Assembly: GCA_030390025.1 (NCBI GenBank)
Contig: CM059432.1
Location: 28,088,001 to 28,152,000, forward strand
Origin: Squalus acanthias
Lineage: Eukaryota
Direction of reading: 5' to 3'
Length of the DNA: 64,000 nt
The notes under the pieces are model-generated. The model searched no databases. It was not told the DNA's origin and worked only from the letters and a program-made list of their open reading frames with translations. Both the position numbers and the translations under genes were made by a program. This document shows positions 1 through 11,190 of the stretch, in pieces; position 1 is the first letter of the stretch, and each line of letters begins with the position of its first letter.

Positions 1-119
1 GCAGTATAACTCAAGAGTCAGGCCCCAATCTGACTCCCAAGAATACCAAAGCTGAGTGGTGTGAGGCCCACTCCACACCAGGTGTTGTATAACTCAAATC
101 TAGTGTGAAGCAGCACACA

Positions 120-287
120 CCAACCCAAACACCCCACCCACCCGCCCCTTCAACCACCGTCTGCCCCACCTGTGACAGAGACTGTAGGTCCCGCATTGGG
201 CTCATCAGTCACCTGAGAACTCATTTTTAGTGTGGAAGCAAGTCATCCTCGGTTCCGAGGGACTGCTTAAGAAGAAGAAGAAGAAGA
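120..287 (+). mobile_element. RTE-clade LINE, 3' end fragment
   Basis: Translates ...VCPTCDRDCRSRIGLISHLRTHF* (C2H2 C-terminus typical of RTE, stop at 228-230), followed by a short 3' UTR and an (AAG)n tail. Confidence 0.8.
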
Positions 288-804
288 TAAAGTGCTTAGG
301 TAGCTCATTGAAGCTTTATAAATTAATGTTGAGTCTTCTAATGTTAGGATAAAATGGACACTGCTGCCTGTTCTTAAAATATAAAAAAATTAGTCTGTAA
401 AACACACCTACAGAGGTTTCCTGATAGGAAGGAGTGCAAGACACAACCTACAGTATAACTATAGTCTTGCTCATTTTGCTTTGCTCTCAACAGCCACTGA
501 TCTCAGTGGATTGTAACTGAAGCCTAAATTAACTATTTTATGTATCTAATCTATCTTTTTCAGCATTTACCTAACCTTAAAAATAACCCTAAAATCGTTT
601 ACTTTCTTCTGCCTCCAAGCTCTTGCTGTTCACCTAAGACAGAAAAAAATCATTAAAAAAAAATCTGGATTTGCATTGGCTGAGAAACTGTTTAAAAGTG
701 TTTATTTAACCAATCAAAAGCATAGAATGTATAGATTGTCCTGGTTGTATCATGCATGACCAAAGGACAACCTATAGAATGTAATGTGCTCACTGCAGGC
801 AACA

Positions 805-1243
805 GTGTGCGCTCAGGGGTATCACTCTCGCCTCTGAGTTAGAAGATCGTGGGTTCAAATCCCACTCCAGAGACTGCAGCACATAATCTAGGCTAACACT
901 TTAGTGCAGTACTGAGGGCGTACTGCACTGTTGGAGGAGACGTTACACCTAGGCCCCATTTGCCCTCTCAGATGGATGCAAAAGATCCCACGGCATTATT
1001 TGCAGAAGAGCAGAGGAGTTCGCCCCAGTATCCTGGCCAATATTTATCCCTCAACTAACATCATTAAAGCAGATTATCTTGTCATTATCTCATTGCTGTT
1101 TGTGGAAGCTTGCTGTGCGAATTAGCTGCCACATTTCCTACATTGCAACAGTGACTACACTTCAAAAGTACTTCATTGGCTGCAAAACACTTTGGACATC
1201 CTGAGGTTGTGAAAAGTGCTATATTAACGCAAGTTCTTTCTTT
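805..1243 (+). mobile_element. Deu-domain tRNA-derived SINE (SacSINE1-like)
   Basis: tRNA-like head (gggttcaaatccc B box), Deu core gatcccacggc..gaagagcag..cctggccaatatttatccctcaac, L2-type tail gctatat..gcaagttctttc. More than 15 copies in the window. Confidence 0.85.
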
Positions 1244-1739
1244 TAACAGGAGGTGGCTCAAATACCCAGAAATAAATAACAGCAGTTGCAATTCATGAGG
1301 TTTTGACCTCTTATAAATAGAGGTTTATTGTTGACCACAGAGGCTTCTACGATATGATTGGAGCAAAGACTACAATAACCTGGACATCATTTAGAAGATT
1401 GATAAGGAGCAGCTTAGAAAACAAGTATGAAGGGCTCTCAGTGTCTTACAGGTCTGGTTGATGATAACATAAGACTGCAGGAATGAGAAATAGATATTTT
1501 ACCCATAAAGCTGCTCTGTCATCCAGGATTTGCTTGATGTCCTGCGCAATACGTGATCTATCAGGCTATTTAAGGTGACAGGATAAGACAAGAACTCTGC
1601 GGATGTGGCTCTAAATGTGGCCTTGAGATTCCCTCTCTCACCAGTGCAGGAGTCTGATAAGAGGTCAACAGAAACTTGGGTCAGACCACCTGCACAAGTG
1701 GCAAGCCTCCTTCAGACAAAAGGGGGGGAAGGGATTGGA

Positions 1740-1761
1740 ACTTCCTGTTGAGTCAACCACA
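1740..1761. promoter_or_regulatory. Candidate ETS/AP-1/RUNX composite enhancer element
   Basis: ACTTCCTG, TGAGTCA and AACCACA packed into 22 bp of non-repeat DNA. Confidence 0.45.
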
Positions 1762-1917
1762 AGACAAAAAGCGAGCACGTTACTGAAGCACAAAAGCCGC
1801 AGAGAGTATGCACGCCCAAGTTATGTCTACACAGATCAGATGTATGAAAATCCCAGCTGAGTAGAAAGAATTCATTCTAAAAATACCTTGTATCCAACTG
1901 GTCTTTGGTCCTGAGAA

Positions 1918-2305
1918 AAAAAAGAAAGACTTGCATTTATACAGCGCCTTTTGTGAGCGCAGGACGTCCCAAAATGCTTTACAGTCAATGAAGTACTTTT
2001 GAAGTGTAGTCACTGTTGTAATGTAGGAAATGCAGCAGCCAATTTGGTCAAAGCAAGGTCCCACAAACAGCAATGTGATAATGACCAGATAATTTGTTTT
2101 AGTGATGTTGATGGAGGAATAAATATTGGCCAGGGCACTGGGAGAACTCTCCTGCTCTCCTTCGAATAGTGCTGTGGGATCTTTTTCACCTACCTGAGAG
2201 GGTACCTGACGGGGCCTCATTTAATGTCACAACTGAAAGACGGCACTGAACCCACAACCTTCTGACTCAGAGGCGAGAATGCCATGGCTCTTTGAAGCCA
2301 AGGTG
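1918..2305 (-). mobile_element. SacSINE1-like Deu SINE
   Basis: Reverse complement of the 805-1243 family. Confidence 0.85.
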
Positions 2306-2329
2306 CAACAGTCACAATGTTGTCATTGT

Positions 2330-2665
2330 GATGACATGGTGGGTCAGTGCATTGTTCTTTCACTTCTGCGATCTGGGTTTGAATTCAGCCCAGATGTTTA
2401 TTGTGAAAGTCACCTCACTCTGTCCGTCCTGAGGCCCTGAACTATGAGTTTGGGGCTGCCTCAATGTAGACCTAAAGTCAGCACAAGTTCACAGCACAAA
2501 ACTGTCAACGGTTCAGTACAAATTGGTACGAGATGAATCATTTCACTCAGAGAAGTCACACAACATGGCTGAGGTGGGAAACAGAAATATCACACTGATG
2601 CAGTTGGTAATGCTCTTCTGAGTACGGGGCAGAGTAGAGTGAATTTTGCTCTGCATCTGATCTGG
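2330..2665 (+). mobile_element. Old LF-SINE-like element
   Basis: ctttcacttctg..ctgggtttgaattcagcccag head and cacagcacaaaactgtc..aaattggtac body resemble the LF-SINE consensus as recalled. Related fragments near 37775-37920, 52525-52600, 53700-53790, 54060-54190 and 60320-60660. Confidence 0.5.
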
Positions 2666-3389
2666 AAATGCATGATAACTTTACGGGATGTTAAAAGCAA
2701 ACAAAAAAAGGGTCATTGCCCAAGAGCTGTCACTTTCATGGGCACAAATATCTCTAAAAATAAATGAAATAGAAGCAGAAGGAATGAGTGATGCAGTGGG
2801 CTTCCACGATACCTTTTCACTTCTTGGACCTGGGTTGAGTCTAACCTGGACAGATAAGAGGAAAAGCTATGAGCTCCCTGCATGAGGCTCTCGGAATGCA
2901 AGGGTCACTTCAATCCCAAAAGGTTCTTGTGCACACACAGCAGCCAGCTACCTCACGCAATCCAAACATGCGGGTAGCAGCTAGACAAAGAAAGATGAGG
3001 TTAAAAATATATACACAGTAAGTACGCAGAAGTAATGTCGAATCACACACTAGGCACGCACAGAACAGTTTGGATCCTAGTACCTTGAGGCCCCATTGGC
3101 CCTGTTCCAGTCACAAATCGGTTACGTTTGATTATGCTGATTCACGAGGGACTTTACTTTCAGGCTTATGAGTTTAATGAGTTTGTGCGGAAACTTGGGC
3201 GTAACTTCACCTCGGCAAAAATGTTGCCTATTGCGTCCTTAGAGGAAACTCCAGGCCAAGCTGTTTAAAATATACTTACCTGAATGTGGAGCCGGGTGGA
3301 GCAGGCGTGCTCATCGTGACCCCACATTAAAAGCATCGCGCCCCCCCACCCCCCCTTCAATTACCGTGGCTACCCCTGCCTCCCGTGGA

Positions 3390-3612
3390 TCCCGACCTCT
3401 GGCCCTCCCCAATCCCGACCTCTGGCCCTTCCCAATCCCGACCTCTGGTCCCCCTGATCCGGACCTCTGGTCCCCCTGATCCGGACCTCTGGTCCCCCTG
3501 ATCCTGACCTCTGGTCCCCCTGATCCTGACCTCTGGTCCCCCTGATCCTGACCTCTGGTCCCCCTGATCCTGACCTCTGGTCCCCCTGATCCTGACCTCT
3601 GGTCCCCCTGAT
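3390..3612. repeat. 22-bp minisatellite (gacctctggtccccctgatcct)n, about 10 copies
   Basis: Directly visible tandem units; explains the repetitive ORFs 3311..3652 and 3357..3791. Confidence 0.95.
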
Positions 3613-4194
3613 CGCTGCTGAAGTGCAATTGCCACAATGTGCTTACTCTCATCAGGGAGCCGCCCAGTTTTCAATGAACGATATGCAGGTACAACGCATA
3701 TCAGAACCGCCATTGATGTTGTGAAATGCAGCCCAAATGTGTGAATGAGGCAAGTTCCCCCCAGTACCAGGAGCCCCCGCATATTACACACCTGTTTCTG
3801 CTCAAAGTGGTTCCATGATACGAGGAGACCACAACACGAAAGCTAATTAATAATAAAACTCATTTTGATACAGAACTAGCAAAATTCAATCACGCTTTTC
3901 TAGCATTTACCAAAATGAGTGTACATGTTCACCGCAGGTTCAGCTACATCACCTCCTCCGCCTTCTTTCCATGCCTCGTTTCTATATCTTATCAAAGTTA
4001 TGAAAGCTCTTATTGTGTTATTTCTGCTGCCCCCGATGCTGCTCGCCTTGACTCTGATCAGCGAATGCTTAAAGGGGCATCATCTTCACAACAAAATACA
4101 TTTGGAAAACCTTTTTCTTTGTTGGCAAATACGTAGTTCAAAAATATATATTGCCCCGTGATATGTGATCACGTTATTTGTGTGTGGCAGCACT

Positions 4195-4602
4195 GGCAAC
4201 ACGGTGGCATAGTGGTTAGCACTGGTGCCTCACAGCGCCAGGGACCCGGGTTCGAATCTGACCTCGGGTGACTGTCTGTGTGGAGTTTGCACATTCTCCC
4301 CGTGTCTGCGTGGGTTTCCTCCCACAGTCCAAAAATGTGCAGGTTAGGTTGATTTGGCTATGATAAATTGACCCTTAGTGTTAGGGGGGGATTAAATATG
4401 TGGGGTTATGGGGATAGGATGGGATATGTTAGGGGGAATTAAATACGTGGGGTTACGGGGGTAGGGTGGGATATGTGTACTGTGAGGATTAAAGCAGGGA
4501 CAGGGTACTGGATTTGGATGATCAGCCATGATCGTATTGAATGGTGGAGCAGGCTCGACGGGCCGAATGGCCTACTCCTGCTCCTAGATTCTATGTTTCT
4601 AT
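4195..4602 (+). mobile_element. Full-length young V-SINE (HE1-like) with CR1-derived 3' tail
   Basis: A box (ggtggcatagtgg) and B box (gggttcgaatc), V-domain tgtggagtttgcacattctccccgtgtctgcgtgggtttcctcc, CR1 tail gggccgaatggcctactcctgctcct..ttctatg. Near-identical to the copies at 11191 and 63393. Confidence 0.88.
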
Positions 4603-4839
4603 AACAATAACATACAGCTTTTATTCTTCCCTAAAGAAAAATCAACTTCTCCAAATGTTTGTTTTCTGTTGAGGCCTGGTTCTCTGCATCGCCTACAACT
4701 TTCACATGAAAGTGGAGGAGACAGGCTGAATGAGTTGTAAAAAATAGCTCTTGAGGCATAAAAACTCTTTTGTCACTCAAACAGAACTCTTCTCTCTCTC
4801 ATTTGGTATGCAATGCATCACGGCTGTCTAGCTCATAGA

Positions 4840-5790
4840 CTGCTGCCCAAGCACTTCGACAATACATCCCAACCCCACAACATCTACCACCGAGAAGAAC
4901 AAAGGCAGCAAAATCCTTAGAATACCATCACTCCCATGCTTCCTTCTACATCACGCACCATCCTGACTTGGATACATATTTCTATTCCGTGGCCATCACT
5001 GGGTCAAAATCTTGGAATTCCCTCACACCATCATGGAATTACCATCACCACAAGGACTGCAGCAGTTCAAGAAATAGACCAACTGCCACCTTCCCAGGGC
5101 AACTAAGGATAGGCAATAAAAGTGGTCTTGCCAGCAAAGCACACAGTGGTGAAGGTGCTCCCACATGTTGTTAGGTAGGGAGTTCCAGGGGTTTTATGAT
5201 CTGTGACTTGGAGGGGAACCTGGAGGTGGTGGTGTTCCCATGTACCTGTTGCCCTTGTCCTTCTAGGTGATGGAGGCCGTGGGTTTGGGAAGTGCTGCTG
5301 AAGAAGCCTTGGTGACTTACAAGAGTGCATCCTGTAGATAGTACACACTGCAGCCATGGTATGCCAGTGGTGGAAGGAATGGGTGTTTAAGCTGGTGGAT
5401 GGGGTGCCGATCAAGCGGACTGCTTCATCCTGGATAATGTTGAGCATTGAGTGTAGCTTTACCCATGCAGGCAAGTAGAGAGTGTTCCATCACACACCTG
5501 ACTTGTGCCTTGTAAGTGGGTAGAGGCATTGAGGAGTCAGGAGGTGAGCCATTCGATGCAGAATAACCAGCCTGCTCTAGTAGACACGGCATTTATGAGG
5601 CAGGCCCTGCTCTGAGTTTCTAGTTATGTTGATGTTGGGAGATTCAGCGATGATAATGCTCTCTCTTGTTGGAGATGGTCATTGCCTAGCAATTATTACT
5701 TGCCATTAATTAGGCCAAATTTGGATTGTGTCCAGGTCTTGCTGCATGCAGGCATGGACTGCTTCATTATCTGAGGAATTGCGATTGAGA
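4840..5790. mobile_element. Two tail-to-tail fragments (+ 4840-5145, - 5146-5790) of an older CR1-group LINE family
   Basis: Both match the + copy at 51720-52255 (gggtcaaaatcctggaactccct; tail gggcaa..gatgggcaataaatgctggcc). The - ORF 5103..5474 is an RT C-terminal remnant. Confidence 0.7.
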
Positions 5791-6021
5791 TCCCTTGAGA
5801 TCTGTCAAAATTGGAGTGGATCCGTGGGGATGTGCCAATATTGGCAGAGAGGCTCTAGGGGTGTGTAAATATTGGCAGAGTCCTAGGGTGTGTCAATATT
5901 GGCAGAGAGTCGCTAGGGGTGTGTCAATATTCATGATGCGGAGATGCCGGTGTTGGACTGGGGTGGACAAAATTGAGAGGTCGCACAACACCAGGTTATA
6001 GTCCAACAGTTTTATTTGAAA

Positions 6022-6064
6022 TCACAAGCTTTCGGAGCTATCGATTTGCTCCTTCCTCAGGTGA
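6022..6064 (-). ncRNA. Minimal hammerhead ribozyme motif (second copy)
   Basis: Exact reverse complement of 6924-6966. Confidence 0.7.
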
Positions 6065-6923
6065 AGTAAATTAGATACAGAATCCCCAAAGCATATATAG
6101 ATAGAAAACAAAGCATGTGTACTTTACAATTGCAGACCAATAAATTAAATCATCCTGACTATCTGCCAAGGTGTGATAAAGTTAATTAAGTCAGCCAGGA
6201 AGGTACCACATCAAAGACATAGCAAGATACAACTGAGACAATGAGGTGTAGTTGCAGGGGTTCTAACGTGTCAAAAGCTGCCGTCTGTATGTAAAACGAA
6301 AAGCTTTAACATTTTTTTACTTTTTTACTGGGAAAATTTTTACTTTTTTACTGGGAATCACATCTGTGAACAAGCTAACGACGACTCGAGTCCGGATCAC
6401 GTCATGTATCGTGACATAAACCCAAGATCCCGATTGAGACCGTCTTCATGAGTGCGGACTTGGCTATCAGTTTCTGCTCGATGATTTTGCGTTGTCGTGT
6501 GTTTCTAAGGTTGCCTTGGAGAACGCTTACCCGCAGATCCGAGGCTGAATGTCCTTGACTGCTGAAGTGTTCCCCGACTGGGAGGTAACAATCCGGACTC
6601 GAGTCGTCGTTAGCTTGTTCACAGATGTGATTCCCAGTAAAAAAGTAAAAATTTTCCCAGTAAAAAAGTAAAAAAATGTTAAAGCTTTTCGTTTTACATA
6701 CAGACGGCAGCTTTTGACACGTTAGAACCCCTGCAACTACACCTCATTGTCTCAGTTGTATCTTGCTATGTCTTTGATGTGGTACCTTCCTGGCTGACTT
6801 AATTAACTTTATCACACCTTGGCAGATAGTCAGGATGATTTAATTTATTGGTCTGCAATTGTAAAGTACACATGCTTTGTTTTCTATCTATATATGCTTT
6901 GGGGATTCTGTATCTAATTTACT

Positions 6924-6966
6924 TCACCTGAGGAAGGAGCAAATCGATAGCTCCGAAAGCTTGTGA
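6924..6966 (+). ncRNA. Minimal hammerhead ribozyme motif in Penelope pseudo-LTR
   Basis: ucac-CUGAGGA-a-GGAGC(loop)GCUCC-GAA-AGCU-U-guga: conserved core, stem II, palindromic AGCU stem III and a 4-bp stem I, as described for PLE minimal hammerheads. Confidence 0.7.
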
Positions 6967-7779
6967 TTTCAAATAAAACTGTTGGACTATAACCTGGTGT
7001 TGTGCGACCTCTCAATTGTGTCAATATTGGCAGAGTCCTAGGGTGTGTCAATATTGGCAGAGAGGCTCTAGGGGTGTGTAAATATTGGCAGAGTCCTAGG
7101 GTGTGTAAATATTGGCAGAGTCCTAGGGTGTGTCAATATTGGCAGAGAGGCTCTAGGGGTGTGTAAATATTGGCAGAGTCCTAGGGTGTGTAAATATTGG
7201 CAGAGTCCTAGGGTGCGTCAATATTGGCAGAGAGTCGCTAGGGGTGTGTCAATATTGGCAGAGAGTCCCTGGGGCTGCATCAATATTGACAGAGAGTCCT
7301 TCGAGGTGTGTAAATATTGGCAGAATCCCTAAGGGTTTGTCAATATTGGCAAAGAGTCCCTAAGGGTGTGTAAATGTTGTCTGAGGTGATTGGGAGTGTG
7401 CTTGCTTGGGGTTTCTGGGAGTGTATCAGTATTGACAGGGAATCTCGCACCCAGAAAGTTTTGAATCCATGGCAGATAGACCGAAGCATTTCATAAGGTA
7501 GAAAAAATACGTTGCAGCTAATAAACAGCTTATTTAATTACGCTGTTGTTTGTATTAAGCATTCTGCTGAGTGTGCCAAGGTAGGCAGTTTTCTCTTATC
7601 AGCCTTTAGCTGCAGAAGACGTCTAAACATTTCCTGCTGATTCGGAGGAACAGTCACATTATTTACACAACAGTGATAGTATCTCCAGTCGAGTGATATA
7701 ATCAAAACTTCAGAATATCCCACCACCCCAGCCCACGTACTCATGAGGTAACAGTTAGCGATAAAAATTTTCAATGTTT

Positions 7780-8008
7780 TTGATCCTAGGTCTGTGTGGA
7801 GTTAGTAGATCTCAACTAGAGCAATAGTAGGGATGCTAAATTGACCTAAACTCTCTTGGTGAATTGAGGGGAAGATCAGCCAGGATTCCCACCCCAATTG
7901 CTATCCAGTGACCCCTGTTTGAAAGTGCGTGTGTGTGGATGTTGGAGGACAATGGGGTTGGGCTTAAATAACCCACTGACACTCACTGTCAAGGTCATGA
8001 ACAATGAC
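7780..8008 (+). mobile_element. Ancient SINE family resembling AmnSINE2
   Basis: ggtctgtg.ggagttag..gatctca..aagatcagccagga..gctatccagtgacccctg..gaaagtgcgtgtgtgtgga. Other copies at ~14900-15280(-), 16400-16660(+), 18830-18930(+), 19420-19680(-), 20245-20520(+), 57590-57760(-), 58950-59260(+), 63248-63800(+). Family name from memory. Confidence 0.55.
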
Positions 8009-9259
8009 CATAGGAATATAGGAACGTAGGAACAGGAGTAGTCCATTGAGCCCCTTGAACCTGTTCCACCATTCAATGAGATCATATCCCCATATCCCTT
8101 AATAACTTTGGCTAACAAATATCTATCAATCTCAGATTTGAAATCAACAATTAACCTAGCATCAATTGCCATTTGCAGAAGAGAGTTCTAAACTTCTACC
8201 ATCCTTGGTGTGTAGAAGTGTTTCCTAACTTCACTCCTGAAAGGCCTGGCCCTAATTTTTAGACTATGCCCCCTAGTCCTGGACTCCCCAACCAGTGGAA
8301 ATAGTTTCTCTCTATCTACCCTTTCTGTTCCTCTTAATATCTTGAAAACTTTGATCAAATCACCCCTTAACCATCTAAATTCCAGGGAATACAACCCTAG
8401 TTTGTGTAATCTCTCCTCGTAATTGAACCCTTGGAGTCGGCTATCATTCTGGTAAATCTACGCTGCACTCCCTCCAAGGCCAATATATCCTTCATAAGGT
8501 GTGGTGCCCAGAACTGCTCACGGTACTCCAGGGTATTGTCTAACTAGGGCTTTGTATAGCTGTAGCATAACTTCTACCCCCTTGTATTCTAGTCCTCTAG
8601 ATATAAAGGCCAGCATTCCATTAGCCTTTTTGATTATTTTCTGTACCTATTCATGACATTTTAATGATCTATGTACCTGGACCCCTATGTCTCTTTTGAC
8701 CTCCACTGTTTTTAGCTTTTCACCATTTAGAAAGTACCCAGTTCTATCCTTTTTAGGTCCAAAGTGGATGAACTCACATTTGGCTACATTAAAATCCATT
8801 TGCCACAGTTTTGCCCATTCTCTTAATCTATTAATATCTCTGTGTAATTTTATGCTTGCATCTACACTGCCTACAATGCTGCCTATCTTTGTGTCATTGG
8901 CAAACTTGGATATGCGGCTTTCTATCCCATCATCTAAGTCATTAATAAATACGGTGAATAGTTAAGGCCCCAAAACAGATCCTTGTGGGACACCACTAGT
9001 CACTTCCTGCCAATTAGAGTACCTGCCCATTATCCCTACTCTCTGTCTCCTGCCGCTCAGCCAATTTTCTAACCAGTTAATAATTTGCCTTCAATTCCAT
9101 GAGCTTCATAATTAGCTAACAGTCTCTTATGAGGGACTTTATGAAATACTTCTGGAAATAGCATCCATAGACATTCCCCTGTCCACTACTTTAGTTACCT
9201 CTTCAAAAATTTCAATCAGGTTTGTTAGGCATGACCTACTCTTTGCAAATCCATCCATG
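8009..9259 (-). mobile_element. CR1 LINE, 5'-truncated, decayed
   Basis: RT remnants GFAKSRSCLTNL and YSLEFRWLRGDLI..SRTRGH; CR1 3' tail at 8009. Confidence 0.9.
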
Positions 9260-9430
9260 CCACTAGCGATACACGGAGGGCAACTGATAACCAAGGAACC
9301 ATACCCCAAAAAGATGGTGTCAATGATGTAAGAAGAGGAGGATTGCAGCAAATTGATGGAGAACATTAATAAGGAAAAAAGATGACTTTTATTTATATTT
9401 ATCTATAGTTATCTATCTATAGAACATATT

Positions 9431-10174
9431 GGCCCAGAAATTGATCTCGCTCTGTTCCCGCGGGGGTAAGGAGCAGGCGCGATCTCTCACTCCGCGTTGG
9501 CTTTTTCAGATCCAGCTCGCACGAACTCGATGTTCCAGACATCAGCTGGGCAGTGCTTGCGTATCCCACCGGCGTAGTGAATTTGTGCGAGCTGTGGGAT
9601 CACGTGACTCAGTTAGAGCCAATGGCAGCACACCATCTTCCATTCATAAGTTTCACATACGTGCTGTGAAAGCTATGAATCTTACACCCCCCCAAAATAA
9701 CAGCTAAACCTCAATTAAATTTTTAAAAAAAACCATCACATTAATAAAATAAGTATAGTTAAATAAATTAACCATTTTAAATAAAAAATTAAATTTTTGA
9801 AAAAATTTAAAATCTTTTAAAAAGTTATAAAAATAAACTTACCTGTCTTTAAAGTCTCTAAAAAAGATATACCTGTTAAAAAAAGTTCAAAAAAATACTT
9901 AATTCACTACTTACCTTGTTAAAAGTGGGTCTTACTCCTCCTTTTTCCATTTCTAAAATCTTCTGTCCTTACCTGCGCGTCCAAAGCACTAAGTGCACAG
10001 CGTGCGCGCAGCCTGTAGCGCGCACGCGGTGCACCGAGGAACCGCCCCCTTTTCCAAAGACCAAGTGCCGGTTTTCAGCGCATGCGCAGGGCATGCAGAA
10101 AACCGGCAATTGGAGAGAGAATACGCGAGAGTACGCAGTGCGTACTCTCGCGCAGCGGGATCAATTTTTGGCCC
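9431..10174. mobile_element. Non-autonomous TIR element (MITE, probably PIF/Harbinger-like)
   Basis: TIR ggcccagaaattgatctcgct / agcgggatcaatttttggccc, ATT on both flanks, AT-rich core with GC-rich subterminal regions. Confidence 0.75.
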
Positions 10175-10348
10175 ATTAGTTTGGGCTAGAACTGGGGAAG
10201 TGTGAAGTTATCCACTTTGGTAGGAAAAACAAAAAAGCAGAATATTTTTTGAATGGTGAGAGACTGAGAAATGTTTGCATTCAGAGGGACCTGGGTGTCC
10301 TTGTACATGAATCACAGAAAGTTAACATGCAGGTACAGTAAGCAATTA

Positions 10349-10798
10349 AAAAGAAAGACTTGCATTTATATAGTGCCTTGCACGACCATCGGACGTCTCA
10401 AAGTACTTTTGAAGTGGAGTCACTGTTGTAATGTGGGAAACGCGGCAGTAATTTGCGCACAGCAAGATCCCACAAACAGCAATCTGATAATGACCAGCTA
10501 ATCTGTTTTTGTTTTGTTGGTAGAGGGATAAATATTGGCCAGGACACCGGGGATAACTCCTGCTCTTCTTCAAAATAGTGCCATGGGATCTTTTACATCC
10601 ACCTGAGAGATCAGACAGGACCTTGGTTTAACACCTCACCCGAAAGACAGCACCTCCGACAGTGCAGCACTCACTCAGCACTGCACTGGATTGTCAGCCT
10701 AGCTTTATGTGCTATAAGTCCCTGGAGTGAGACTTGAACCCATGATCTTCTTGAACTCAGAAGGCGAGCGTGCTACCAACTGAGCCACAGCTGAGACT
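10349..10798 (-). mobile_element. Full-length SacSINE1-like Deu SINE nested in CR1
   Basis: CR1 sequence aagcaatta|ggaaag is split by the insertion. Confidence 0.87.
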
Positions 10799-11190
10799 GG
10801 AAAGTAAATGATATGTTAACTATTGTTACAAAATGATTAGAGTATAAGAGTAAAGAAGTCTTACTACAATTATACAGGGCATCGGTGAGGCCACACCTGG
10901 AGTACTGTGTACAGTTCTGGTCTCCTTACCTAAGAAAGACATACTTGCCTTAGAGGGAGTGCAACGAAGGTTCACCAGACTGATTCCTGGGATGAGGGGA
11001 TTGCCCTATGAGGAGAAATTGAGTCGACTAGGCCTATATTCCCTAGAGTTTAGAAGAAGGAGGTAATCTCATTGAAACATACAATACTCTTAAAGGGCTT
11101 GACAGGGTTAATGCTGAGAAAATGTTTCTCCTGGCTGGGGAATCTAGAACACGGGGTCACAGTCTGAGAATAAGGGGTTGTTCATTTAAA

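Larger units (their letters stand above)
5932..7017 (-). mobile_element. Penelope-like retroelement, 5'-truncated, with inverted pseudo-LTR
   Basis: Arms 5971-6397 and 6591-7017 (427 bp each) are reverse complements. The spacer on - encodes a GIY-YIG C-terminal remnant LPVGEHFSSQGHSASDLRVSVLQGNLRNTRQRKIIEQKLIAK/RTHEDGLNRDLGFMSRYMT* (one 1-nt deletion). 39-bp tail at 5932-5970; flanking gtgtcaatatt duplicated. Confidence 0.92.
5830..7390. repeat. 27-31-bp minisatellite (gggtgtgtcaatattggcagagtccta)n interrupted by the Penelope insertion
   Basis: Units visible at 5830-5931 and 7018-7390. Confidence 0.9.

Noticed and set aside
3311..3791. Repetitive Gly/Arg-rich ORFs
   Set aside because: Translation of a 22-bp minisatellite.
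4195..4270. tRNA gene
   Set aside because: The tRNA-like A/B boxes are the head of a V-SINE; the same applies to the Deu SINE heads.
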